This document shows positions 41,119 to 52,334 of a DNA stretch of 64,000 bases, piece by piece. The position numbers and the translations under genes are program-made. The stretch's first letter is position 1. Each line of letters begins with the position of its first letter. Where the stretch lies: NCBI GenBank assembly GCA_964569795.1, contig CAZMVB010000008.1, positions 12,303 through 76,302 on the forward strand, in the 5' to 3' direction. The stretch is from an uncultured Desulfarculales bacterium. GTDB taxonomy: Bacteria > Desulfobacterota > Desulfarculia > Desulfarculales > JAHJDS01. The notes beneath the pieces were generated by a model, which was given only the letters and a program-made list of their open reading frames with translations, was not told where the DNA came from and ran no database searches.

Positions 41119-41870
41119 GCCCGCCCGAACACGACCGCCTGATCCTGGTGGCCACCAGGGCCGAGGCCGCGTCACTCCTCGAGGCAATCACCGGGGGGCG
41201 GGAGTCCCTGGCCGGCCGGCGGCCCCTGGTCACGGGCGTAATCGGTGAGCGGGTGGTCCGCCTCCTGATCACCGGCCCCGGCCTGGTCAACACCGCCCAG
41301 GCCCTGACCGCCGCCGTCGAGCGCCGACTGCCGGGCCTGATCGTCCAGACCGGCTGCGGCGGCTGGTTCGACTCGTCCGGCCTCGGGCTCGGCGATCTGG
41401 CCCTGGCCTTCGAGGAGATCGACGCCCACCTCGGGTTGGAGTCCGCCACCCCCGGCGACCCGCCGGACCGATTGCCCTGGCCGGTCCTCCGCACCGCCCA
41501 GGGCGACCTTTTCCGCCTGTATCCCCTTGACGCCGAACTGGTCGGCGCCGCCCGGGACATGCTGCGGCCGGCCTTCGAGCCCGAGGGCGTCACCGTCGCC
41601 ACCGGCCCCTTCCTGACCGTGGCCACCATCACCACCACCGACCGCACCGCCGCCCTCCACGAAAAGAGATGGCGGCCGGTCATGGAAAACATGGAGGGCG
41701 CGGCCGCGGCCCACGTGGCCGCCTGCTACGGCATCCCCTTCCTCGAGGTCCGCGGGGCCAGCAACCGGGTCGCCCGGCGGGACCCGGACCAGTGGGACAT
41801 CCCCCTGGCCGCGGCCCGGGCCGCCGAGGCGGTGGTAAATTTAATAACCGGAGGACTGGGTGAAGCATAG
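41115..41870 (+). CDS. mqnB: Futalosine hydrolase
   Basis: TGPGLVN, FLTVAT.T, ENMEGAAAAH, EVRGASN; mqn context. Confidence 0.85.
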   Translation: MSPPEHDRLILVATRAEAASLLEAITGGRESLAGRRPLVTGVIGERVVRLLITGPGLVNTAQALTAAVERRLPGLIVQTGCGGWFDSSGLGLGDLALAFEEIDAHLGLESATPGDPPDRLPWPVLRTAQGDLFRLYPLDAELVGAARDMLRPAFEPEGVTVATGPFLTVATITTTDRTAALHEKRWRPVMENMEGAAAAHVAACYGIPFLEVRGASNRVARRDPDQWDIPLAAARAAEAVVNLITGGLGEA

Positions 41871-41897
41871 CCCGGTGGAAAATCGGGGCTGGTGGTC

Positions 41898-42719
41898 ATG
41901 ACTCGAACGTTGTCGCTGGCCTACTCCCCCTGCCCCAACGACACCTTCCTGTTTCACGCCCTGGCCCATGGCCTGGTCCGGGTGCCGGGCGTCGAGTTTA
42001 CCATTGACCTGCATGACGTCGAGGTCCTGAACCAGGCCGCCCTGGCCGGACAATACGACGTGACCAAGCTGTCCTTTGCCGCCCTGGACCAGGTTCTTGG
42101 TGACTACGCCCTGCTGCGCTCGGGCGCGGCCCTGGGCCGGGGCTGCGGGCCCCTGGTCGTGGCCCGGCCCGGATTTGATCCGTCCCGTCTGGCGAACGTC
42201 AAGGTGGCCGTGCCCGGACTCATGACCACGGCCCGCCGCCTGCTTGAACTTTTTTTACAAAAAAAACCTGACGTCGTGCCCCTCGTCTTCGACCAGATCA
42301 TGCCCGCCGTGGCGGCCGGTAAATTCGAATTCGGGGTGATCATTCACGAGGGCCGGTTTACTTTTGCGGATCACGGCCTGGTCCAGGTGGTCGATCTGGG
42401 CGAGTGGTGGGAAACCGAAAAAGGGCTACCCATCCCCCTGGGCGGCATCGTCGTCCGGCGCGCCCTGGGGCCTGACCTGGGCCGGCAGATCGAACGGGCG
42501 ATCCGGGACAGCGTCCTTTTCGCCCGGCGTAATCCCGAGGCCTCGGCCGATTACGTGGCCGCCCACGCCCAGGAGATGGACCCCCAGGTCACGCGGCAGC
42601 ACATCGAGCTGTACGTCAATGACTTCACCGTCAATCTGGGCGACGAGGGCGAGCGGGCGGTCCGGGCCTTCCTCGGTCGGGACGGGGCGATCCCGGCTCA
42701 ACCTGCCCTGTTCGTTTGA
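41898..42719 (+). CDS. mqnD: 1,4-dihydroxy-6-naphthoate synthase
   Basis: YSPCPNDTF, DVEVLN, GRGCGP, IIHEGRFT, PIPLG, HIELYVN. Confidence 0.92.
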   Translation: MTRTLSLAYSPCPNDTFLFHALAHGLVRVPGVEFTIDLHDVEVLNQAALAGQYDVTKLSFAALDQVLGDYALLRSGAALGRGCGPLVVARPGFDPSRLANVKVAVPGLMTTARRLLELFLQKKPDVVPLVFDQIMPAVAAGKFEFGVIIHEGRFTFADHGLVQVVDLGEWWETEKGLPIPLGGIVVRRALGPDLGRQIERAIRDSVLFARRNPEASADYVAAHAQEMDPQVTRQHIELYVNDFTVNLGDEGERAVRAFLGRDGAIPAQPALFV

Positions 42720-42870
42720 TCCATTTCCATCCAACATCCAATGGCCCTTCAATCAGCCTGACTCGTCAAGCGAGGCCGTGTCGCGGCGCAGGCGGCCCAA
42801 ATTAAGTTGTAGCCACAGGGCCACAAAATGGTATAGATCGATTAGTCTGCCAACGCGAAGGAGGATCAAT

Positions 42871-43233
42871 ATGAAGCGGGTTGTGTTGCTGGTGGTGATC
42901 GCCGCCCTGGTAATGATGTTTGGTATGACGCCCCTGCCCCAGGCCGCGGCCAGGCCGTTGTCTTCGAACCCGACCTACGGGCCGGCCCCCTCGGTGGCCA
43001 TCGGGGGCGGTCCGGTGATGGTGGCCTATTGTCGGCTGGTCAGAAAGGTTTATCCTTGTTACCGGAATCAGCAGCGTTGCTGGCTGGCCAACAAGTGCAT
43101 TCCCTGGCGGATGTGCCGGCTGACCCCCCGGGGACGAGTGTGCACCACCACCCGAAAGTGCTGGAAGGTACGCCGGTGCAAGTTGGTCAGGGTCAGGGCG
43201 ACGTGCTGGCGGACCTATCGAGTGTGCAATTAG
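42871..43233 (+). CDS. Secreted cationic 10-Cys mini-protein (120 aa)
   Basis: AAGGAGG RBS; signal peptide; 10 Cys and 20 Lys/Arg in the last 68 aa; no Asp/Glu. Confidence 0.8.
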   Translation: MKRVVLLVVIAALVMMFGMTPLPQAAARPLSSNPTYGPAPSVAIGGGPVMVAYCRLVRKVYPCYRNQQRCWLANKCIPWRMCRLTPRGRVCTTTRKCWKVRRCKLVRVRATCWRTYRVCN

Positions 43234-43260
43234 GCTTTCGCGCAGGTCAAGCCGAGAAGA

Positions 43261-43283
43261 CCCCGGCCGGAAGCCGGCCGGGG
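43261..43283. terminator. Hairpin between convergent genes
   Basis: CCCCGGCCGG-AAG-CCGGCCGGGG; no clear T-tract. Confidence 0.5.
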
Positions 43284-43333
43284 CTGGATCATGACCGATT
43301 TCAAGCTGCCGCCCTATTGACGGGCGCCCGGGA

Positions 43334-44185
43334 TCAGGCCCACCACTTGTCCGCGAGCACCGCCGCCAGCAGGGCCAGGCTGACGTAGCTGTTGACCGTG
43401 AAAAAGGCGGCGTTGAGGCGGCGGAGGTCCTCGGCCGAGACCAGCCGGTGCTCGACCAGCAACAGCCCCCCGACCACGGCCAGACCCAGGTAATAGGGCC
43501 AACCCAGGCCGGACATGATCCCGGCCATCAGGAACAAGACCCAGGCCCCGGCGTGAAACAGGGACGACACGATGAGCGCCGTCCGGGGGCCCAGGCGGGC
43601 CGGGATTGAATGCAGTCCGGCCCGGCAATCGAAGTCGATGTCCTGGCAGGCGTAGATCACGTCAAAACCGGCCACCCAGCAGATCACCCCCCCGGCAAAG
43701 ACCAGGATCGGCCCGGAAACCTCCCCGGCCACGGCCAGATATCCCCCCAGGGGCGCCAGGGACAGGGATGTTCCTAGAAAGACGTGGCTCAGCCAGGTGA
43801 AGCGCTTGGTCCAGGAATAACCGAGCACCACGAACAGGGCCACCGGCGACAACACCAGACAAATCAAGTTGAGGTTGGCCGCGGCCACGAAAAACAAGGC
43901 GATCGAGGCCGCCAGAAACAGGATCACCTGGCCGCGGTGCAGCTCGCCCCGGGGCAGGGCCCGGCCCCGGGTGCGTGGGTTTTGGGCGTCCAGGCCATGA
44001 TCCACCAGGCGGTTGCAGGCCATGGCCGCGCTCCGGGCCCCGACCATGGCCGCCAAAATCCACAGGGACACACCCCAGCCCGGCCAGTCGCCCGCGGCCC
44101 AAAAGGCCCCGACATAGGCCAGTGGCAGGGCGAACACGGTGTGCTCGAACTTGATCATCTCCAGGATTTTCAAGACGACCCGCAT
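43334..44185 (-). CDS. mqnP: UbiA-family prenyltransferase of the futalosine pathway
   Basis: IKFEHTVFALP, NRLVD...D..NPRT, YSWTKRFT, GFDVIYACQD. Confidence 0.88.
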   Translation of the reverse strand: MRVVLKILEMIKFEHTVFALPLAYVGAFWAAGDWPGWGVSLWILAAMVGARSAAMACNRLVDHGLDAQNPRTRGRALPRGELHRGQVILFLAASIALFFVAAANLNLICLVLSPVALFVVLGYSWTKRFTWLSHVFLGTSLSLAPLGGYLAVAGEVSGPILVFAGGVICWVAGFDVIYACQDIDFDCRAGLHSIPARLGPRTALIVSSLFHAGAWVLFLMAGIMSGLGWPYYLGLAVVGGLLLVEHRLVSAEDLRRLNAAFFTVNSYVSLALLAAVLADKWWA

Positions 44186-45636
44186 CAGGCCAGACCCAGG
44201 CGCTTCCAGATTCGATCGATCCTGGTCTTGACGGCCGGGGCCATCTCGATCACCCCCGGCCAGTCGCGGGGGAAGCCCTCCTCGGGCCACTTGCGGGTGC
44301 AGTCCAGGCCCATCTTGCCGCCAAAGGCCGGCCGGTCCGAGGCGTGATCCAGGACGTCCAGCGGCCCCCGGGTCATCAGCGCGTCCCGCATTGGGTCCAC
44401 GTTGGCCCCCAGCCGCCAGATGACCTCGGACAGATCCTGGACGTCCACCTCGGCGTCAAAGACCCAGATCATCTTGCAGAACATCATCTGGCCCATGCCC
44501 CACAGGGCGTGCATGATTTTTGAGGCGTGGCCCGGGTAGCGCTTGTCAATGGACACCAGGCACAGGTTGTGGAACACCCCCTCGACCGGCAGGTTCATAT
44601 CAATTATCTCGGGGAGCTGCTTCTTGATCAGGGGCAAGAAGAGCCGCTCGGTGACCTTGCCCAGGGCGGCGTCCTCCATGGGGGGGCGGCCGACGATGGT
44701 GGTGTGATAGATCGGCGCGGCCCGGCGGGTCAGGGCGGTGACGTGGAACACGGGGTACTCGTCGGCCGGCGAGTAATAGCCGGTGTGATCGCCAAAGGGG
44801 CCCTCGATCCGGCGTTCGTTGGGCTCGACGTAGCCCTCGAGGACGAGCTGGGCGTTGGCCGGGACCTCGAGATCGACGCTGACGCACTTGACCAGCTCGA
44901 CCGGTTTCTTGCGCAGATAGCCGGCCAGGAGGTACTCGTCCAGGTCCTCGGGCAGGGGCGCGGTGGCGGCGTAGGTCACCGCCGGATCGGGTCCGAGGGC
45001 CACGGCCGCCTCGAGCCGTTCGCCCCGGGCCTCGGCCACCCGGAAGTGCTGGGCCCCGCCCTTGTGGGCGTGCCAGTGCATGCCGGTCTCTTTGGGCCCG
45101 AAGACCTGGAGCCGATACATGCCCACGTTCCGGCCGCCGGTCTCGGGGTGACGGGTCGTCACCAGGGGCAGGGTGATGAACGGCCCGCCGTCTCCGGGCC
45201 AGCAGGTCAGCACCGGCCAGGCGGTCAGGTCGATCTCGTCCCCGGTCAGGACCACCTCCTGACAGGGGGCCTTGGTCACCCGCTTGGGAAAGACGTCGGC
45301 CAGTCGCTTGAGCCTTGGCAGGAGTTTTATTTTCTCCAGCAGGTTCTGGGGCCGGGCCTCCTCGACCAGAAACATGATATCCGCGGCAATGGCGTCCAGG
45401 TCGTCCACCTCCAGGGCCAGCCTGGCCCGGGCAGCGGTGCCAAAGGCGTTGATCAGCACCGGCCAGCCCGAGGGCGACTTGACGCTTTCGAACAGCAGGG
45501 CCGGACCGCCGGCCTTGGTCACCCGGTCGGCGATCTCGGTGATCTCCAGGATCGGACTGACGGGCTCCCTTATCCGGCGCAGCTCGCCGGCCGCCTCGAG
45601 GCGGTCGATGAATTCATTCAGATCACGAAAGGCCAT
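44185..45636 (-). CDS. mqnL: UbiD-family menaquinone biosynthesis decarboxylase
   Basis: EITEIADRV, WPGDGGPFITLP, EGPFGDHTGYY, KRYPGHA. Confidence 0.88.
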   Translation of the reverse strand: MAFRDLNEFIDRLEAAGELRRIREPVSPILEITEIADRVTKAGGPALLFESVKSPSGWPVLINAFGTAARARLALEVDDLDAIAADIMFLVEEARPQNLLEKIKLLPRLKRLADVFPKRVTKAPCQEVVLTGDEIDLTAWPVLTCWPGDGGPFITLPLVTTRHPETGGRNVGMYRLQVFGPKETGMHWHAHKGGAQHFRVAEARGERLEAAVALGPDPAVTYAATAPLPEDLDEYLLAGYLRKKPVELVKCVSVDLEVPANAQLVLEGYVEPNERRIEGPFGDHTGYYSPADEYPVFHVTALTRRAAPIYHTTIVGRPPMEDAALGKVTERLFLPLIKKQLPEIIDMNLPVEGVFHNLCLVSIDKRYPGHASKIMHALWGMGQMMFCKMIWVFDAEVDVQDLSEVIWRLGANVDPMRDALMTRGPLDVLDHASDRPAFGGKMGLDCTRKWPEEGFPRDWPGVIEMAPAVKTRIDRIWKRLGLA

Positions 45637-45651
45637 TATTGTTCCTTTCTT

Positions 45652-46839
45652 TCAGGCCGAGGGCGACGGCCGCCCGGCCACCCAGGTCAGGCCGCCGGCG
45701 CCCCCGTTGCAGACCAGGGCCTCGATCAGGCCCCGGGGCGAGGCGGCCTGGATCGGGACGTATAGGGCCGCCGCCCGCCGGCCCAGGTGGAGCGAGCCCC
45801 GAAAGTGGCCCTGACGGAGGGCCCGGGCGGCGTAAAGTGTCGCCCCGGCCAGGACGTAAGCCGGGTCCAGGCCGGGATAGGTCTTTACGGCAAAGGCCAT
45901 CTCGTCCCAGAGGGAAAGCGTATCCACGGAGGCCAACGAGTCGGTCCCCAGGGCCGGTTCGAGCCCGGCGGCGATCATCCCCGGCCAGTCGGGCGTTTGG
46001 CCGTGAAGCCGGTGATTGCTCCGGGGGCAGAGACACACCGCCGCACCCCGCCGCCGCAACACCTCCCAGTCGGCCGGGCCGGTCTGAAGCAGGTGCACGG
46101 CCAGGGTGAATTCATCCAGGAGGCCCAGGGAATCGAGGTAGGCCACCGGACCTTCCGCCGGCAGACCCCATTCATCAAAACTTATACCACGACTGATCAA
46201 GAAATCAGCCCAGGGACCCCGGCCGGAGAGCAAAAATTCGACTTCAGCCATTGACTCGGCCAGATGGATGGCCCACGGCCGGCCGGCCCGCCTGGTCTCG
46301 GCCTTGAGGGCGACCAGCAGGTCGGGATGGGTGGTGTGCGGGGCGTGTCCGGCCAGGGAAAGGACCAGGTCTCCTTCGGCCGGTTCGTCCGGGTCGGGCA
46401 CTGGACAGGGCGAACCCAGGTACTCGCTCCACCACACCCCGCCCAGACCCGCCTGCCGGACCAGGTCGGCGGTCCAGCCCAGGGTCGAGACCTCGCCCCC
46501 GGCCGCGACCCCGGCCTCGATCAGGGCCCGGGCGGCCCGGCGGGCGGCGGCCACCAGGTCCTTTTTCGGGGTCGCCTCGCGGAGGGCGATCACCTCCCCC
46601 ACCCAGGCCAGAAAGTCGCCCGCGGCCCGCACCCGGCCGTGCAGGGCGCTAAGCTCTAAATGGGTGTGGGCGTTGATCAGGCCCGGAACCAGCGCCCCCG
46701 GCCCGTGGTCCACGGATTTTTCCCGGCGAGTCGCGGTCCAGAACCCGGTCTCGATCACCCGGCCGCCCTCGACCCGGAAAAAACCGTTGGGCAGCACGGT
46801 CCAGGGATCGACCACCACCCAGGCCGCCCGGTGGATCAC
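45652..46839 (-). CDS. Amidohydrolase, probable aminodeoxyfutalosine deaminase
   Basis: PGLINAHTHLELS, HAPH, HLAES, LGTDSLAS; embedded in the mqn operon. Confidence 0.75.
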   Translation of the reverse strand: MIHRAAWVVVDPWTVLPNGFFRVEGGRVIETGFWTATRREKSVDHGPGALVPGLINAHTHLELSALHGRVRAAGDFLAWVGEVIALREATPKKDLVAAARRAARALIEAGVAAGGEVSTLGWTADLVRQAGLGGVWWSEYLGSPCPVPDPDEPAEGDLVLSLAGHAPHTTHPDLLVALKAETRRAGRPWAIHLAESMAEVEFLLSGRGPWADFLISRGISFDEWGLPAEGPVAYLDSLGLLDEFTLAVHLLQTGPADWEVLRRRGAAVCLCPRSNHRLHGQTPDWPGMIAAGLEPALGTDSLASVDTLSLWDEMAFAVKTYPGLDPAYVLAGATLYAARALRQGHFRGSLHLGRRAAALYVPIQAASPRGLIEALVCNGGAGGLTWVAGRPSPSA

Positions 46840-47927
46840 GGCCCGGCCTCGGCAGAAGTTGACCGGACCGGCGGCTCGTCCAGCAAGTTATAAAAACAGT
46901 CGCGCCGCCGGGCCTCAAAACCGGCCGTCTCGATGAGGTGGATCAGGTCCGCCTCGGACAGACGGAACCTGACACCGGCCGCGGCCACGACGTTTTCCTC
47001 GATCATGGTGCTGCCCAGGTCATTGGCCCCGAAGGCCAGGGCCACCTGGGCGATCTTCGAGCCCTGGGTGACCCAGCTGGCCTGGATATTCGGGACGTTG
47101 TCCAGGACCAGGCGGCTGACGGCTAGGGTCCGCAGGTAATCCACGGCCGTGGCCTTGGCCCGCGGCAGCCGGGTGTTCTCCGGCTGAAAGGGCCAGGGGA
47201 TGAAGGCGGTGAACCCGCCGGTCTCGTCCTGCAGGTCACGGATTCTCATCAGATGCTCGATCCGGTGGGCGTCGGTCTCGACGTGGCCGAACATCATCGT
47301 CGCCGTGGTCTTGAGGCTTAAGGAGTGGGCGACACGCATTACGTCGAGCCACTGATCGGCGGTGCACTTGCCAGGCGAGATCTGACGGCGGACCTCGTCC
47401 ACCAGGATCTCGGCCCCGCCGCCCGGGATGGACCCCAGGCCGGCCTCGATCAGGACCTGGAGCACGGCCTGGATCGACGTCCCCTCGCGTCCGGCCAGCC
47501 AGACGATCTCCGGGGGCGAAAAACCGTGGACGTGGACCCCGTGACGGGCGGTGATCCGTCTCAGGAGTTCCTGGAAATAATTCAGGCCCAGCTCGGGATT
47601 GAGCCCCCCCTGTAATAAAACCTGCCGACCGCCCAGGGCCACGGTCTCCTCGATCTTGCGGTCCAGTTCATCCCAGGACAGGACGTAGCCGTCCGGATCG
47701 CCGGGTTTCTTGTAAAAGGCGCAGAACAGGCAGCCGGACCCGCAGACGTTGGTGTAGTTGATGTTGCGGTCCACCACGTAGGTGACCATCGGCCGGGGAT
47801 GGAGCCGCCAGCGGACCTCGTCGGCCGCGACGGCCAGTTCCAGGATGTCGGCCCGGCGCAGAAGGTCCAGGGCCTCGCCTGCGCCCAGGCGCTTGCCGGC
47901 CGGACGGTCCGGGCCGGTCGCCGGCAT
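46836..47927 (-). CDS. mqnC: Cyclic dehypoxanthinyl futalosine synthase (radical SAM)
   Basis: DRNINYTNVC..GCLFCAF, LLQGG, PGGGAEIL, FIPWPFQP, QASWVTQG. Confidence 0.92.
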   Translation of the reverse strand: MPATGPDRPAGKRLGAGEALDLLRRADILELAVAADEVRWRLHPRPMVTYVVDRNINYTNVCGSGCLFCAFYKKPGDPDGYVLSWDELDRKIEETVALGGRQVLLQGGLNPELGLNYFQELLRRITARHGVHVHGFSPPEIVWLAGREGTSIQAVLQVLIEAGLGSIPGGGAEILVDEVRRQISPGKCTADQWLDVMRVAHSLSLKTTATMMFGHVETDAHRIEHLMRIRDLQDETGGFTAFIPWPFQPENTRLPRAKATAVDYLRTLAVSRLVLDNVPNIQASWVTQGSKIAQVALAFGANDLGSTMIEENVVAAAGVRFRLSEADLIHLIETAGFEARRRDCFYNLLDEPPVRSTSAEAGP

Positions 47928-49021
47928 CAGGCCGCCTCCCGGACGTCGATGGGCCGGTAAAAGGCGTCGCGCTCGACGGGCTCGAAGCCGGCCCGGCGGA
48001 TCATCTCCCGCAGTTTTTCCCGGGGCAATCCCCGGGCGCTCTGGGCCCCGGCCATGTGGCTGATCTTTTCCTCGATGATCGTCCCGTCCAGGTCGTCGGC
48101 CCCGAAGGACAGGGCCACCTGGGCCAGGGGCTCGCCCAGCATGACCCAGTAGGCCTTGATGTGATCGAAGTTGTCCAGCAGCAGCCGGGCCAGGGCGGTG
48201 ACCTTCAGGTCGTCGGCCGCGGTCGGGCCGCGCCGGGAGGCCAGTCGGGTGTTGGCCGGGTGAAAGCTCAGGGGAATGAAGGCCGAGAAGCCGTGGGTCT
48301 CGTCCTGGAGTTCGCGGAGCATCAGGAGATGATCGACCCGCTCCGCATCGGTCTCCAGATGACCGTAGAGCATGGTGGCGTTGGTGGTCAGACCGGCCCG
48401 GTGGGCGGCCCGCATCACCTCCAGCCAGCGCCAGTGGCTGATCTTGCGGGGGAACAGCTTGACCCTGACCCGGGGTGAAAAGACCTCGGCCCCGCCGCCG
48501 GGCATCATCTCCAGGCCGGCCTCCTTCAGGGCGGCCAGGGTCCCCTCCAGTCCCAGTCCGGATATCCGGGCCAGGTGGTCGATCTCCACGGCGGTGAAGG
48601 CCTTGATGGCCGCCCCGGGCCGCAGCCGCTTCAGGAGGCGGATCAGGTCGAGGTAATAGTCAAAGGGCAGAGCCGGGTTCACGCCGCCGACGACGTGGTA
48701 TTCGGTGATCGGTTCGTCCAGGCGGTCCGTCAGGCGGCGTTCGATCTCGTCCAGGCCCAGGGTGAAGGCCCCGTCCCGGCCCTCGTCCCGGGCAAAGGCG
48801 CAGAAGGCGCATTTGTTCTGGCAGACGTTGGTGTAGTTGAGGTGCTGGTTATAGACGAAGAAGACCCGGCGGCCGTGCCGCTGGCGGCGCACGGTATCGG
48901 CCAGGCGGCCGACGGCGACCAGGTCAATGGCGTTGAGGATGGCCAGGCCGTCGTTGCGGTCGAGTCTCTGGTGGTTGTTGACCTTTTCGGCCGCGGTTTG
49001 CAACCCGCTGTTTTTTGTCAA
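47927..49021 (-). CDS. mqnE: Aminofutalosine synthase (radical SAM)
   Basis: NYTNVCQNKCAFCAF, HVVGG, KAFTAVE, TMLYGH, HIKAYW. Confidence 0.92.
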   Translation of the reverse strand: MTKNSGLQTAAEKVNNHQRLDRNDGLAILNAIDLVAVGRLADTVRRQRHGRRVFFVYNQHLNYTNVCQNKCAFCAFARDEGRDGAFTLGLDEIERRLTDRLDEPITEYHVVGGVNPALPFDYYLDLIRLLKRLRPGAAIKAFTAVEIDHLARISGLGLEGTLAALKEAGLEMMPGGGAEVFSPRVRVKLFPRKISHWRWLEVMRAAHRAGLTTNATMLYGHLETDAERVDHLLMLRELQDETHGFSAFIPLSFHPANTRLASRRGPTAADDLKVTALARLLLDNFDHIKAYWVMLGEPLAQVALSFGADDLDGTIIEEKISHMAGAQSARGLPREKLREMIRRAGFEPVERDAFYRPIDVREAA

Positions 49022-49182
49022 GTTTATGACCCTCCGCTCATTTATTATTAGTTGGTATTATTATATTTTTTTGCATTCATAATATGACCCACCGGTCATT
49101 ATATGCCTCATTCCGAGCGGGAACGCAAGTGTTTTGTCCATCGGCCCGGGCCCGGGACGGACGGACGTCGGCAATTTTTTTC

Positions 49183-49211
49183 TTGACACCAGGCTATTCA
49201 GGACTTATAAA
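49183..49211 (+). promoter_or_regulatory. sigma70 promoter upstream of the fusA leader
   Basis: TTGACA-N17-TATAAA. Confidence 0.75.
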
Positions 49212-49239
49212 AGATGATTACGTTTTGGGCGTGGCTGAC

Positions 49240-49399
49240 GCGGCGGGAAGACCGCCGCAGGGTCACCGCGCCCCACGGACGCGGTAACCTGAAAAACACG
49301 GCAACGTACGGCGACCGCCACCCGCGGTCGCCTTACTTTAAGGGCGGTCGAGACCTCGGCCGCCGAGGATCAAGAAGCGGGGTCGCCGGCGCGGCCCCG
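49240..49399 (+). ncRNA. Candidate structured 5' leader RNA (five hairpins) of the fusA paralogue
   Basis: Stems at 49240-49258, 49258-49291, 49310-49332, 49343-49364 and 49378-49399. Confidence 0.45.
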
Positions 49400-49420
49400 T
49401 CCTGATAAGGAAACAAAGAG

Positions 49421-51505
<2,085 letters not shown>

Positions 51506-51569
51506 TCCTTACGGCCGCTTAGACCCGCCCCATTCAGCCCGGGCAGGACCGGGAACATGCCCCCCCGGA

Positions 51570-52175
51570 TCATTCCCCTCTTAGGGACTTGGCCTTGGCC
51601 CAATCCGCCGCGGCTTTGGCCTTTTCCCCCATGCGCTCGTGGGTCCAGGCCCGAAACCTGAAGGCCGTGGCCGACCCGGGATTGAGCTTGATCGCCTCGG
51701 AAAAATCGGCCAGGGCGGCCTTGTTGTTGCCCAGCAGGGACCAGGCGAATCCGCGGCCGATGAAGGTCAGGTAGGACTTGGGGTTGAGCTTGGCCGCCCG
51801 GGTGAATGACTGGACCGCCTCCTGGTACCGGCCCAGGCGGCCCAGGCTCAGGCCCCGGTTGTGCCAGGCCCGCCAGTTGTCCGGCTCGAGTTTCAGGAGC
51901 TGGTCGTAGTCCTTGACCGCCTCGGCGTAGCGCTTCATGCGGTCCAGGGCGAATCCCCGCCAGGCGTAATACAGACCGGTCTTCGGCGCCAGCTCGACCG
52001 CCCGGGTGAAGAGATGGGCCGCCCGTTTGTAGTCGCCCTCCCGGAAGGCGGCCCGGCCCTGCTCGAACAGTTTTCGCGAGGCCAGCGCCGGATCCGGACC
52101 GGCCGACCTGGCCGACCCGGCCAGACCCAGCAGGACCAATCCCAGCACCAAGGCCATCACTCGCCGACGCCCCAT
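51570..52175 (-). CDS. Secreted TPR-repeat protein
   Basis: Signal peptide; TPR motifs (AWHNRGLSL..LGRY.EA...F..A..LNP). Confidence 0.85.
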   Translation of the reverse strand: MGRRRVMALVLGLVLLGLAGSARSAGPDPALASRKLFEQGRAAFREGDYKRAAHLFTRAVELAPKTGLYYAWRGFALDRMKRYAEAVKDYDQLLKLEPDNWRAWHNRGLSLGRLGRYQEAVQSFTRAAKLNPKSYLTFIGRGFAWSLLGNNKAALADFSEAIKLNPGSATAFRFRAWTHERMGEKAKAAADWAKAKSLRGE

Positions 52176-52334
52176 GATTCCTCCCGGACAGATGAGTGGG
52201 ACCATTGTAGCCAAGGGACGGGCGCCCGGTCAACGGGCGCGGCCCGGACGCACCTTGCGGACCCAAGATTAATTTGCGTCGCCTCGAGACGGACGTCTAT
52301 ACTTTTCCTGTCGTAATTAAAGGAGCGACGCGAA

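Noticed and set aside
46836-49021. Radical SAM genes as maturases of the Cys-rich peptide (ranthi/sactipeptide)
   Set aside because: Both carry MqnC/MqnE motifs in a complete mqn operon and lack SPASM/RRE features; the peptide has a Sec-type signal.
49214-49405. 63-aa ORF as a leader peptide of fusA
   Set aside because: Its ATG lies 2 nt after the -10 box (upstream of the likely start site), it has no RBS, and it has no control-codon run.
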